Notes: generated by a model not told the origin, from the sequence alone. A stretch of DNA of 64,000 nucleotides from Takakia lepidozioides (GCA_030704615.1 CM060734.1:20026001-20090000), one strand, 5' to 3'; shown: positions 49,199 to 63,153, numbered from the stretch's first letter. Translations and numbers: made by a program.

Positions 49199-52100
49199 GA
49201 TAGATGGTTGTAGGAAGCATGGGCAAGATGAGGGTGCCCTTAAAATGTATCATGTTTTTGAACCCTGCCAGAGGGGTATCATGGAGGATGTGCTCAGGCG
49301 CCACAACTTGATGCTGCCTCGCAAAACCACACAGAAGAAAAAGCCTGCATCCTCTGGTGAACCAGTGTCCCAAGAAATGGATGATTATCCGAGAAAATCA
49401 TCAAGGAAGAACAGGGGTCAAGTTCGGCTGGTCTTGACAGATTCTGAGGGGGACTGCAGCGTTCATACAGAAACAACAGCAGTTGAACTGGATGACTCCG
49501 ACATGGAGGCATTCGATGATGGGCCGAAATGCAGGAGGGTTCAGCTCCCTACTAAGGGCCCTTCCTCCCATCGTCCAGGGCATGACAAAGCCTTCACTTC
49601 AGGTACTCTTCCTCCTGACAACTCCAAGAAAGGGTGTTTGAGGGCAGGGAAGGTGCATGCATTGCTATCTATGGCAGGCAACGAAGGGAGCTCTGTCAAA
49701 GTTCATCCTGATCCTCCACTTCCTCGCTCCAGGGAGGAGGCAATTTCTTACCTTACCAACAAGTCCAAAAGTTTGTGTGGATCCATTGAAGTGCCCCAAA
49801 AACCGCCACATATGAGATGCCTTGGACTTTTCACCCTGCTACAGCACCGATTGTTTCCTCAAGACTTTCCAAGCATAGAAGATGCTCACTTTCAACAGTC
49901 CCTCAGGCAGCTTGTTGATGCGGAGGACTTTGCTGCACTTCTCTTGGGCGCAGCCTACGGCAGGTGGTGGCTCAATAGACAGGTGAGCAAAATACCACAT
50001 CTATTCATGCACATTTTGATTTTGCAGGTGCATTTTGAAGAGACATGCTCATGACGATGGTTTTTGCAACCCAAGTGCATCACTGAAAAGGTTTACTGTA
50101 TGAATGTTCTTGACCTGAACGTGCAAATTGGCATGTGAACCAGCATGAAGCACCACAGGAGGAGAAGGATGCTGCCTTGAAGACCATGGCGCTGTGGGCA
50201 AAGAAGCCTGGCATTCCTTGTTATGCAGCTGTCTACAAGGAGTGCACAGCCATTACAGAGTACCATAAGTACATGACTGCCGTTTCAACCTGCGAAACGA
50301 AAGAAATAGCAAGACAGACAGCAGGTCATCATAAACAAGTACGTCGAAGACCAGCTGGCTATGTGGGATGCCAATTTCCATCGTGAACAGGAGGAGCGTA
50401 AGTGGGGTTGGTCCCCTGTTTACAGCATTGTTCATGTTGGTATTGTGTCTGCTTCCCTTCCTACTTTTATGAAACACTCGCAGGACAAATCCAGCCTCCT
50501 ACGGGGTGTGTTTGCAAGGTACCACAAGGCAGGGCCACCTGTGAACTGCCCGGTAATTTTGCAGGTGTTGCGGACTATCTGGATGTCATATCCCAGTAGT
50601 ACTGAGGCGGTCTCATCTCCTGCAAACCCATTGTTGCATGACGTGCTGGTTCAAATTGTTGGAACCGAAGAGGGCAATGCCATGCTCAGACATGCTGCAC
50701 CCAATTTCCGCATGGTTGGCCGCTTTCTCTTTGCATACCTGCCACAAAATCTCGTGCATGAGGCGAGCAGAAGCGTGGAGGATTTATTACATGCCGATGC
50801 GAGTTATAGAGATGGTATGAAGAAGGAGATGACTGACTTCATTGAAATGACTCGTGCTTTGGGGGATCTGGCCATGTGGAAGCCAAAGGTTTTTGACACA
50901 TTGTGGTGTACTAATACAAGCAGCCATTCTGAGAGACACGAAGCAATTCAAGTCTTCCAGGATATCCTCAAGCATCGTGAAAACATTGACATGGGCTGGA
51001 TTTCACTCACAGAAGGTGATGTTTCCATGCTTTTCCCTGAATGCACTTGCCTTCCATATGTCTGCATTGTTTGTGGTGCCCTTAAACTCATGCTATGGTT
51101 CTTTCACATTGTAGGTGATATCGACCATGCAACATTGCAAGATGCCTACATGGAAGCATTTCTCCAGGTGCAACTGTTGGGGGATAGCAGACGCAACCTG
51201 GATAATCAGTGACAGTCAGGTGATGATATTCATGAAGATCATGCGACAACACCCCCTCCTGCTTTGCCTTCTCATCAAGTACATTGGGATGTCCTATAGC
51301 GAGCTCATAAACAGTCCCTTCCAGTCACGCCTACTTCACCTATGTTCGGGTCACCCACAGAGCTGTTGCAAGATGGTGAGCCTACACAAGAGAAGGTTGT
51401 TGTGCAACACATTGGGACTCATGGGGAGGAGCCCGACCATGGAGACGAGCCCGACCATGGAGACGACGGTCCTCTTCATATTCAGGAGTCCTGTGCCACA
51501 GACCTTGCTTTACTGGGCATTCATGCCACTGAACCAGGTGCATTTACGCAAATGGAAATGGTTCTGCATTCAAGCCAGCCATTAGTTGAAAGCCCCGCCC
51601 CCTTGGGCGTGAGACCCCCTCATTCTGACACACGTTCTACTATGCATGCAGCAACAGGAGTGAGGTCCTCAAAACCCCCTGTGCATTATGTCAACCCTCA
51701 ATTTGGTTTTGCTGCGAGGAACGCCCTCCTTGGTCCGTCCCCCAAGGCTCTCCCTTGGCCACATTTGAGTACTGCCCGAGGAAGTGAATTGGGTAGTAAG
51801 GGAGCATCAAGCAGTGCTGTTGGGGACAACAGTTCATGTCGCACCAAACGCTTCAACGATGACATGCATGTTGGCGACTTCTTGCTTCCCTCCCCACCTC
51901 ATAGCATCGAAGATACAAACGAGAATCGCGTCAAAGATGGGAAATCAGTCACACCTGAAAAGAACAATGTTTCCCAGCCACCCCTTCGTCGCTCGTCCCC
52001 GTCAGTACTGAATGCCCTCTTTCTGCACCTGTCAATTTGGAATTTCCTCTCCCAATGCCCCAGCCCCCTCGGCATCATCTTGCTGACATGAACGTCTGGT

Positions 52101-53224
52101 ATGTGATTGTAGGGTCCATGAAAGGCTCAAGGAAGCTTTGTGAGTCAACAAATTGTGCTCTTTTCCCTTCTTTACAATGGTACTGTTTTGCATTCCGCAC
52201 TATCATTACCTCATGCACCCTCATTGTTGAAATCTCCCTTCTTTGACATGTATCGTTATGTTGGCTGTCTTCAGGATAACATGTGGTGCACAAGTCAAAA
52301 ACTCCTCAGATTTGTGGTTTTTCCGCACAACTGTAGGCCCCCACATCAATCTTAGACTAGATGACGCAAATCTGTTGCTTAACCCCAGGGGGTGGACAAG
52401 TGACAGATTCATGGATTTCTATTTGCGGGGGAAAATACTGTCCCTTCCCGTCCATGTCAGAAACAAAATACAGATTCTTGACAGTTTCACGTGGATATGC
52501 CTTTGTGACCACTACGACGAATTTGGTGGGGGCGCTCGTTCTATTCTGCAGTGGATGCACCAACGTTTCCCCTACCTTCATTGTGATGGGGTGGAGGCAG
52601 TGATTATTCCTGTTATATATACGTACGTACTCTGCTGCATGCTACCCTATATTACATATTGTTGTTGTAATGTACTGCTGTTCTCACAACATGTTCTTAC
52701 GCCTCCGTTTGCACTTGTCATGTGCAGTCAGCATTGGAGTGTCGTCATTCTGGAGTGCAATCGGTATCTTCATTTAAATAGTGTGAGAAGGTTACATACT
52801 CACAGGATGCTCAAGCCGTTGTTAGGACGTTTCTGGGCACTTTGCAGAGGATTACAACCACCTAGCCTGCAATGGAAGAATGCAACAACCCCCCGCCTCT
52901 AGTTGTATCCCCGTGTCCCCCAACAGAAGTCTAATTGGGAGTGTGGTTGTTTCACGGCACATTTCATAGATGTTTACTTGACTCAAATATTTGTACATCC
53001 ACGGACTGGAGGTGCAGGCCCGGTATGTTTCTAATTGTTCATCTCCATATAATTTGTTGTCTTTCATAGTATGTGTTTCAATTATTGACATTGTGTTTGT
53101 TGTCCCTTCTCTGATCCTAATCCACCATGCAAAGCTTTTGCAGCTCAACAAGCATTGGTTTCCGTTGCATGAGGCTGTCAACAAAAAGAAGGAAATTGGG
53201 GATGTTGTATTGCTGGAATTGTAG
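49199..53224 (+). pseudogene. Multi-exon transposon-associated gene with C-terminal Ulp1 (peptidase C48) domain
   Basis: LNPRGWTSDRFMDFYL...ILDSF...VIIPVI|QHWSVVIL...HLNS...VPQQKSNWECG; catalytic Asp position reads Asn and an in-frame stop is present. Confidence 0.75.
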
Positions 53225-56011
53225 ACAAGAAGCCATGGCGAACCATACTGTCTTGGGGACGATGAGGATGTCCCCGATGTTTTCCATGGCTATGCCACAA
53301 GACCCGCATGCTCATTCATGCACCATTGAATGATGGAGGGTTCTTTTAGGAAGTTCTTTATGACATTTGAAAACGTTCTGGAATTGTGTGATGTATGATG
53401 ACATTTTTAACTCTACAATGACATTTTTTTCTCTGCAATGACTTCACTGTGAACAACCATGGGGAATGTGTCCTCGTGGAATGGTTTTGAGAGCAAGGCC
53501 CTGTGTCCAGGCTTTACATTTGTGCATGCCATAGCGAGGTAGCAAATCTGCATGGTCGCCGGGCTTGCATGCATGTGCATTGGAATCCAAGGGTGTGATT
53601 CCCTTTATGTTTCCTTGTGGGCCATAGATAATGCAGCATGCAAATTGGGCATCTTACATGTGGAAGGACAATCCAGACTCTCACCCCAACATGGCTCAGA
53701 AAAACGCCATGGAACTCTGTAAATTGTGCACCAAATGGTAATTGTCGTTGACGTCCAAATAGCATATACTCCTGTAGCAGACGTAGACATAATCATTCTC
53801 CAAGAAGCATGTCACCGTACTTGTGCCGAGGGGTTAGTAGCAGGGCAGGGCCCCAATCTCTATGCCTATTGCGTCGGCGTGGCATGGAGGAGGGGAGAAG
53901 GGATGTGGGCACAACTGCCACCTGAGAAGGACGTGACTCTTGGGGCCATGAACAGTGTAGTTGGCACGAGGGACTGGATGAAAGATGTTGGGATGAATGG
54001 TGCAGACGCAAATAGGGATGATGCACATGGTCACTTTTACAAACAACGCATCACGTATATGAAGAACTGCATGGAAATGGCTGGGAGTAGCTTGCTGGTC
54101 AAGGGAGCTTTCAAGATGCGCTTGAAAAAACAGTTTGCGGATACACGCGATGCTATGGAATGCCCTTGGTCTCTGGGCATGACGGCAGTGCGTGTTTACG
54201 TTATTGATGACACCAACACCACGGAAAGCACTGCCGTGGATGACTTGGCCTTTTCTATATGGCAGAAATGCGTGTTAGTAGCCGCCTGTCTATCAGCCTT
54301 CGTGATGGCCACTCAGCCAGTACGTAGGATGCAGAAGGAACAGTTTAATCCATGTGGTGAGAACGTATCCCTTCTGTTTTCAATGTGATTGCATGTGGCA
54401 AACTCTGCAAAGAAATATCCATTCGGGAGCTTTGTGACACATTATGAAATTGTGATTGGGCATAATGGATTTCTTAAAACTATCCGCATCACATCCATTT
54501 TCGAATGCATGCGCACCAGTTCTCCTGCCATGCTAGCATCAGAGGACACGGAACCCACAAAGATATATTGCATATGTACTGCCACCAAGGCCCAAAGTCA
54601 TTCACCAAGGGCATGGCATGGTGACCCTCACGAAGTGCCATTTGAACTCACCAAAATCTGGAAACTGAGTTCAAGACACATGACAATCCATTTCTGAAGC
54701 ACCAACAAACAGGTGAATCATACACAATCGTGCCTTCATCAGCACACAGTCAATCTGTCTCTACATCATAAGGAATGAACCCTAAAGCATGGCAAGGTCA
54801 CTGCCACTACTCCACTGCATGTGGTGCAGACGGGTCCACAAACACCCTGGAATGGGGAATCCATGCCAAGATGTCCTGCACCCATGGTGAGTCCATTGCA
54901 ATGTGCTCGCCCCACTCCAAATACACGCCATCGTAACGAGAATGCATTTCCTTGAATGTGTGGAATATCACCTTCTCAACGAGGCCAAGAAGCACATGGA
55001 GGATGATGACACCCTTCTGCTCGTCCTCGTCCATCGTGTATGCATACTCCAATGACCCCAACTCCACGGTAAGGGTGCGTACCCTTCTTTCACAGCGTAC
55101 GCCCATGCTTTGTCTTGCCCTGCATAGGACTCCACCATGGACAACAAATGCCAATGCATATCCGTGGAGCTCATTCTGCTGCAAACCTAAAGCCCACTCT
55201 CCACAATCTGCGCAATGCGTGCTCTTGAGCATTCTGTTGTTCCATAAATGTCTACATACTCCATGGGTACCTGGGAAGAGTGGAAGAGGGGCAGAGGGGA
55301 AGAGTGCAAGAGGGGAAGAGTGAGGGAAAGAAATGTTGAATGAGGGATGAAATGCTACGGATTAGGGTTGGGTAATATTGTTCGCCTCAAATACAATGTG
55401 CATTCGCATACATGCCATAAATTGCCATGACAGGCATTCACATACAGGCATAAGTTGCCATGACTTTCTATGACTTGCCAGTTTGGGTTCATAAGTTGGT
55501 GCATACTTATATAAAAAAAGGATGAGGCATGACTTGCCATGACTTCCCATGACATGCCAACAGTTTCCCGCCTATTGAACTTAAGTTTAGGTTGTTTTCA
55601 TCCATTTTTCATTGTTTATTTACTTGAGTCCTCTTGCTTTGCTCTCTTGCTTTCTTGGAGCCCTCTTTCATTGTTTCTTTCTTTGAGTCCTATTGCATTG
55701 TGATCTGGATTTCTTGGAGGCCTCTTTCATTCTAGCTTTCTTGCACCCCTCCTACTTTCCTCTCATGCATACAAGAAGCCCTCTTGTTTCCTCTCATGCT
55801 TTCTTTCAGTCCTCTTTCATCCTTGGATCAGCCTGAGCCTCAGCCTGAGGTCTCTTCCTTTTAAGCACCCCCATTTCATTCTAGTTTAGGGTTCAGCCTT
55901 CTTGCTGGTTTTGAGCACTCTTGCTTTCCTGTCTTCATTTCTTGACGCCCTCTTGGTTTCAACCTGTTTTGATTCCTTCATCTCTGTAGCACACCATCTT
56001 CAACCAACACC

Positions 56012-56905
56012 ATGCCCACAAGTGCGAGCTCATCCAATGGCCGTGGCCTCCGTTCCATTCAGCAGACTAATGCAGGTATGCGTGGCAACCTCACTCCCTT
56101 CGTCGCACGACGCATTTGGATGATGGACCACTGCATCGACTATTCCAAACCCATGCGAGGGGATATTCTTGTGAGAGCTTTTGAGTTTGTTGGCAGGTTG
56201 GCATGGTGCGGATTTTACGACCCAAACAATGCAGGTGATGCCATGATGTCTAACACTTTGGTTTTGCGTTCTAGGTTCCTTGAGGCCCCAAATGAGGAGT
56301 GGGGTCCTTGGACTCTAGGCATGGACCTAGACAAAGAGCAAGAAAGTTTCTATCTTCTGACAGTTTTCCAATGGGTGGAGGGTTCATGGGATGTCAAGAA
56401 ATTGGTAGACCCCGTCCCCAACCCAATTTATCGGTTGTTGAGAAGGAATATCTCCCATACCTACCCTATGAGTGGTCCAGGTGACCTTTGCATGACGGTA
56501 AATGGGGACACCATGTCCGTTCACTTCGCATCAGAGGTGGGGGGGGAACTGAACAGCTCCAGCATACTCCTGCGGGTCTTCTTGGAGAACTGGGAGACGG
56601 GTCACTTCCACCATGTCGTCCGTACGTTCCAGTGGAATGTGCAACTTTCATCATGGAAAATGAAATCCAAAGTGTATGAAGTTGATGTGCCAAAGTATGA
56701 CTGGGACTTCAAATGCATTGACTGGTTTACGGAGTATTGTGTTGGATCTTACGATTGTCATCAACAATGTATCTTGCTATGCAGCATTTTGTTTATGTTT
56801 TCTTTGTTCAGAACTTCCCGTCATGAAGTAAGGCTTCATTTTCCAGACATAGCATTGCCCTATGAAGGCGATGCAGCTCCTTCTTGTGTGGGCGGGAGGA
56901 AGTAA
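56012..56905 (+). CDS. Orphan 297-aa ORF between the Ulp1 gene and the MULE transposase
   Basis: Uninterrupted ATG-to-stop ORF preceded by a pyrimidine-rich leader with a tttagggtt telobox-like site; no motif recognised. Confidence 0.4.
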   Translation: MPTSASSSNGRGLRSIQQTNAGMRGNLTPFVARRIWMMDHCIDYSKPMRGDILVRAFEFVGRLAWCGFYDPNNAGDAMMSNTLVLRSRFLEAPNEEWGPWTLGMDLDKEQESFYLLTVFQWVEGSWDVKKLVDPVPNPIYRLLRRNISHTYPMSGPGDLCMTVNGDTMSVHFASEVGGELNSSSILLRVFLENWETGHFHHVVRTFQWNVQLSSWKMKSKVYEVDVPKYDWDFKCIDWFTEYCVGSYDCHQQCILLCSILFMFSLFRTSRHEVRLHFPDIALPYEGDAAPSCVGGRK

Positions 56906-58240
56906 AATTGCTTTCCTTATTTTGACTGTTCCATTTGTTACTATTGGATGTCTTTACATCTTCAATGTCTTCTTTGCATAGACTGATGCACCCACATGAA
57001 AAACCGCTCCAGTTTGCATGACAACCTTTCTACCATGCCCATCCCTTCACGTCCTCGCTCTCTGTTTCACCTCGTATGACTGCAAGTATGAGGGGTACTT
57101 GACTTTGGGCAAGCTGCACATGACATAAAATACTAGTGCTATGATTCATTTGTCTCCTGCTAGTGCTATGAGTCATTTGTGCTATGATTCATATGCTCAT
57201 CCCTTCTGTTCAGGGAGTTTTGCTTGGTGGCCTCATACAATACAGTTGGACAACACACCTGAACACCCGTGAACATCATCCACAGGCACAAAGGTTGCTA
57301 TGAATTTGAGTTCCCACATCCTCAAGTTCAGGATGCGAGCACAGTTCAGTTATGACCTATCATTTATGCATCTCATGTAAATTTCCGAGAAGAAAAGGTC
57401 GATGGAGTTTCACATACGAACTGATGTCATTACTGCACCACCAATTCCATACACTCTTGTTAAGTGTGGCCATGGCTTCGTGACATCCACGACTGTATGG
57501 CTTATGTAAACATTCGCATTTTTGCCAGGTGCCATAGCTTGGGTCATGGTTGTTGTATCTTGTACATACATGTGAGGTTCTAGTATGGAAAATGGTTACC
57601 AAACCCCTTGCATACCACTTGGATGCAGCAATGTTTACAGTCACTGAGGGAGCTCATTCCATGTCATTGCAACGCACCAAATCTCCTTACAAAAGTTGAA
57701 ACTGAATGCAAGGGATGCGACTTCACAAATGGCGTTTTCTTTCACCATGGAAATGCTATGAATACTGTAATACCATTTCCATGCAACATAACAACTTCGC
57801 CTGGCATACAAAATCACATTAATCAAGGGTGAAATGCAGGCATGGAGCGAAGGGAATATGGATATGTACTTTGCTGCATTCATAAAATGTACAATGTAGC
57901 TTTAAGAACGAACCCCTCCATACATTCCATAGAAAACAAGAGAACTTTGCAGTTTCCTCAACTTCCAGCCTATGCGGTTTATTTGGCCTAGGGGTTCAAT
58001 AGGCCTGGCCCTTCACAGTTCGCGACAATCCAGCATGCATCAATATTTTCAGTCACTGAGCGAGCTCATTCCATTTGCATGTGCAACGCAACAAGTGTCT
58101 TTACATAAGAAGAATGCCATGAAATGTCATGAAAACAGACGCATTCTTACACTCAGCATACTGCAATGTCATTGTGGCCAAGCAAGAAAAAATGGAATCG
58201 TCATAAGAAGACATCTGAATTTCCGCTTGCCCCATCCTCA

Positions 58241-59150
58241 TCAGGATGTGTACAATTGCCTCTTCACATTCGTTCGTTCAGGCACAGGTGGCAGATGACG
58301 CTTTCTACCGCGTGCCTCCAGAAAATCCTTCCATCTCACAAGTGAGTTGGTGTTTCCATCGTCAACTTCAGTGAGAGTGGTGTCGTCCTGGGGATGATGA
58401 ATACCCTCCTCCATTGTGGACGTCAAATCGCAAATTTTCCCTTTGGCTACTCGAACCATAGCAAGAAGGTGTTGCTGCAAAACCGTGCTCTGTTTGGTCA
58501 TGTCGAGAACCCGCTCGAACTCAGTGGATATCATTCCCAGCAATGGCAATCCTGGACTTTTCTGAGACGAATATGGTGATGAGTTGTGTGTGGAAGGAAG
58601 GGGAGGCGCTTTGGAGCGCATTGATGTGGGTGATTGCGGTGGTGCAAACAGGCTATGAAGGCCTCCTCTGCTGCTGCCAATAAGGCTTCCATAGTATTTT
58701 GCTATGGTGCCATCTTCCAAGTTGGGGTGCATCATTTGCAGAACCTTCACCTGATGCGCACACATATTCCCTTTGCGGGCGCAACACCCCCAGTTGGACT
58801 GTGGATTGTGAACCGTATAAGTAGTCCCGTCATCCCAAATACATTTGATAGTTGCGATGCCCCCTTCTGTCTGTGAAAGGTTGACATTGCAATCCGGAAT
58901 CTATTTGGCAAGCAAAATAGAGCTACAGACGAAGCCTTCAAGTCGCTTATTACGGATGAAGCCATATGTTTTGGCATAGGACATATACCAGTAATGAGTG
59001 AGCAAATCACCCGTGAGTTCATGAATGAGCCAATCGACTCGTCTGCTGACCAGTTTAGTCTTTGTGCATTTCAACTGTGTCTTCAGATTTCCATGATAAG
59101 CTTCAATGGCGGCATTTGTGTCTTGTCCTGCGTCATTTGACATAAAGGGG
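58241..59150 (-). pseudogene. MULE/SWIM transposase C-terminal half
   Basis: QDTNAAIEAYHGNLK...RRVDWLIHEL...HYW; YTVHNP..WGCC..KGNMCAHQVKV (degenerate SWIM). Confidence 0.8.
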
Positions 59151-60250
59151 ACTGGTTTTGTTGAGTGCCCTGTAAGCCTTTTTCGAAGAGAAAGCAAAGA
59201 AGGGTCGGGGGGAGGTTCCGAATTTCCAGAGCCATTCAGCCGGGTCAAACTGCAGATTTTGCAGTTGATGGCCTCCAATCCAGGCAAACCTTTCTTTTGC
59301 TACCCAAGCTGAGGTGGGGGACCCCAATGGGTGCAGAGGGTTGAAGTCTGTTGGAGCACCCTGTTTGCAATCTGCCAAAGGAATGCAGATAATTTTGCAG
59401 GCCTAGTGTTTCCCCAAACAGAGCCCCAGATAGCTTTCCAGTTCTCATTGTTGAAGCCGTAGGATTGCCATTTGGTGTTCCATTTATCCTGCAAGGGTTC
59501 CGGGGCTGCCATGGCTTTGTATGCCTTCCTAGTGGTGTATGCAAAGAAGGGGGTTGGGGATGAGGCCTTGGGGATGTCATCGGTGTTGATTGCAGAGGAG
59601 CAATTAAGAGCGAGGTGTGGGAAGGATTTGATACCTCTGAAATTTTTTGCAATTGCGGAGTGGCTGGCAATCCCAGTGAGGATTGTGGTTTTTGGCGGAG
59701 GCACGTTGGGGAGAATACCTGTGTCCGCCAGAGGTGGAGTTGGAGAAGGCAGTGCATTCTGCATTGGGATCCATTTCCCTTTGGAGTTCCAAGAAGCCTT
59801 TTTTGGTGATGCTTCCGCTCGCATAGGATCATCATGTTGTCTTAGCTTTTTGTTTACTCTGGGTAAGGGGCTGGTGCTTTTGGGCTGCGTTGCTTCCTCC
59901 TCGGCAAACCCATGCATCTGCAGCAGATCAGTTGGGGAGAGGCCCTTTGGCTATTCCCTCCTTACAAAGCTTGCAGACTGCCTTGGTGGTGTGTTTGCAT
60001 CATACCCGTTGGCCGATTGGGGGGTTGTATGATGGTTTTTGACACCGGATCTTCTCCTTTTCTGTGCTTTGCATTGTGCTTTGATGTGGCCCAGCTTTCC
60101 ACAATTGAAGCACGCTTGTGATGATGTATCCTCAATAAGCCTGATGGTGAAGTAGTTACCTTCCTCATCAATTGGTAGCCTGACATAGGGCAGAAGGACG
60201 GGATAAGGGCAGCGGGTTTGAACCCCAAACCACCAGGGCGACACACTGTG
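59151..60250 (-). mobile_element. L1-like LINE remnant: ORF1 zinc knuckle joined to ORF2 zf-RVT region (internally deleted)
   Basis: CFNCGKLGHIKAQC; YTTRKAYKAM...WKAIWGSVW...PAKLSAFLWQI. Confidence 0.75.
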
Positions 60251-60389
60251 CCACTTACCAGCCGATGTGTTTTTTTTTAAATCTTTTTGCACTTTGTTTT
60301 TCTTTTGTTTTTTTTTAATTCATTCTAGTGGTCAGAGTCTCCGTTTTTTCAAAATATAAATACTCATATATTATATATATAACCAGAAA

Positions 60390-60737
60390 AGCATGTGTCG
60401 ACACGTGCAGTCATGTAGTGATTCATCCATGTGATGATCTGGCAGAATGCATTAGAGTGAGAGTCATGAAGTCATATGTCTGTCTAGCAATATGTGCACG
60501 TCATTCCAGTCTAGCCATGACCGTGACTGGTAGTCATATTTGCCATGCCAATATTCGTGGTCAAACATGTTTGACCTGTGTTGCGCAGAGTCCGGAGCCA
60601 TGCAGTCGCATATACGTCTTCCCCAGACCTGCATTATGACTTCAAAAGCATTTTACGATTGCAAATGGCATTTCTGCCACAAATCTGTCATGACTGCGCA
60701 CCCATGGGAGTCATAAAAGCCGCAATCTGTTGTAGTG
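60390..60737. mobile_element. Unpaired CACTA terminus
   Basis: ...ctgttgTAGTG ending at 60737 with repeated gtcat/atgac subterminal motifs. Confidence 0.7.
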
Positions 60738-60839
60738 CATCATCACCTCTTCAACCTGGATCTCTCTCTAACTCTCCCACAAGTAAGTGGCGCATTTTAT
60801 CCGTATTGGGATTCCAAAGCCCCTGCAGTCGCCGTCAAC

Positions 60840-61848
60840 TTTATGACGCTTAACTTCGCCCCTACCACCTAGTCGAGCCCCTCAGTGGCCGAAACCAGCT
60901 AAACCCCCTCCACACTCTCACTATCGTTTCTCACCCACTCTCTAAGTCATCCTGTCTCAGCTCTTATCTCTCCAAACTCTATTCACTGCCCCCACTGCGA
61001 ACAGTCTTGTTTTCGTGTCTTCTTCTTAACTCTCCTTCCTAAGTTTCTCTTCTCCCCGATATGGGCCTCTCAATGCCACGCAGTGCTGTCGCAACTCCAA
61101 CTCCTGGAAACAGTGCCATCCAGGCCCATCCAGAACCCCGCTGATCACCCGACCCCAGCCATCCTCAGGAACAGGATTCTTCTTGGCCCACCAGGCTCAG
61201 GCGATCCTTCCACATCAGCTCCAGCCCAGGAGGTCAGACTCCCCCATGCTCGCGTTACACCATCTACAAACCAGGAGGCCGGGAACCCCCGTATGCAAGA
61301 TACAGCCCGCACATCAGCAAGTACAAGCTCGTTAGGGGGAAATCGCTCCAACCATGGACAATACACCCCTGGACGAACATGCCTTTTTGTTGAAAGAAGA
61401 TTTGGAATAATAGGAGGCGATGGCATGCGAATGGGATCTTAACTCCATGAATGTACCTCAGATGCGCAAGAGAGTGGTATCTCTGGAAGAAAGAGGCATC
61501 CTGGCCCACTTTCCAGGGAGAAAAGTTGGCCGAGCATATGTCCGAGACTGGGCGACTCGCCACTTTGGGGGAGCAGGGGAGCTAAAGCAGCACTTCTGCC
61601 ACTACAAGGGTAGGGGCTTTTTCTCAATTGCATTTGAAAACCAGGCAGCTGCAGCACAAGCCCTCAATTTTAATCCTCACCTATATGGGTTCAACGTCAA
61701 TATCTTCCCTTGGTCATCCAACATGGGCAACCGGAATAGCAAATTGTGGGGACCAAGAATTGTATCAGTCCCATTCATTCCAGATCAATATCTACCCAAC
61801 CTCCCTGATATAGCCAACCACTTTGGGTTTTATCTGGATTGTTCGTGA
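60840..61848 (+). mobile_element. L1-like LINE 5' part, ORF1 DUF4283-like domain
   Basis: VRDWATRHF...KGRGFFSIAFENQ..AAQAL..PHLYG...IFPW...IANHFG. Confidence 0.65.
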
Positions 61849-62179
61849 CGGTATGTCTGGGCGTTGATCGTCATGTAGGTCTTATGGCCCTTAAATGAAG
61901 GCGGGTGAATTTTTCCCCCTCCTCAAGGGCCTGTGGTTTCCTTTAAGAATAAATAAATAAATCAAAAAGGGGCTTTTAGGGTTTACAAAAAGGTTAAAAA
62001 ACTTAAAAAGTTGCCCATCACGGTAGCGTGAACAAACTTAGAGCAAGCGGGAGGGAGAGAGAGAGAGAGGGCTGGGACTTAGAGCGAGCGAGCGGGAGTG
62101 AGGGCAAACATGCATGGGAGGCCCGCACTTAGAGCAACCTTCGCATCTGAAGCAATCAACCCTAGAAACGCTAGGGTAT

Positions 62180-63153
62180 GTGTGGGAGAAAGTGCTTTTG
62201 CCAAAGTTCATGGCACATCCTTCTACGAGTGGATGGAGGATGCGGCTGGCCAACATTATGGAAAAGTGTTCCATGGATCAATGACGGCGCTTTCTCTCAC
62301 ATCGATGCAGGATATTCTGAACACATACAATGGGTTCAAGGGACTTGGAAGCATTGTAGACGTTGGAGGAGGTGTGGGAGCGTGCATGGAAATGTTGGTG
62401 AAAAAGTATCCGAGCATTCAAGCCATCAACTTTGACCAACCCCATGTTGTGGAGCTGGCTCCTCACTTACCTGGTATCTCCGTCGCATACGTGTATTCCC
62501 TTGGTTTTTCAAGTTCACTGATTTGAAAATGTGAAATGTGCTCAATTTGTTGTCTTCCTCCTCGGAGGGTTCTTAGTTCTGTTGACTAAATCTCTTCCTT
62601 TCCCATGCGAGGCAAAAAATAAAATAAAAATGTGCTCAATCAGTAAATGCTGCGGTAAGGATCCCCTGGATTCAGCGACCACCAGTTGTGCTTTGCAACA
62701 TGAGTAGGAAGACTGCGGACCTCTTTGGTGTCCAACAATTCTGTACCATGTTCTGTAGTCAGGCTGGGCCTTCTTCTGGTGTTGCAGTTAGGGGGTGTTC
62801 GAACTTCGAACAAAGGACAATCCATGACACAACGTGTATACATATAGTCGTAAGTGGAATCAGATGTACCGGTTCTGTTGAATTGACACTGAGAAGGTTA
62901 CTTGCGAAAAGAACTTCGGGTATTCAGAGCAGGATTACCATTGGAATAGTTATGAAGAGGCGGAGAGAGAAGCTGAGCTTGGACCACAATCATAACTTGA
63001 TTCTACGAGTGTGACCAAAAAGCTCCTCATATTGTTCAATTTACGTAGTGCATTCTGGGGTAACCATGGGTGCGTTGTAATGGGTGCGGGAGTGAAGCTA
63101 GTCGGTGGAAACATGTTCGAGAGCATGCCCTCTGCAGATGCTACCTTCCTGAA
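62180..63153 (+). pseudogene. Plant class II O-methyltransferase (COMT-like) fragment, two exons
   Basis: SAFAKVHG; SIVDVGGGVG; INFDQPHVV; second exon VGGNMFESMPSADATFLK|gt with a non-AG acceptor; N- and C-terminal exons not seen. Confidence 0.85.

Noticed and set aside
1291-60737. Pairing the 1291 CACTA end with the 60737 end (both CACTACAACA)
   Set aside because: Flanks differ (AAA vs CAT) and the subterminal motifs differ; 39184 fits better
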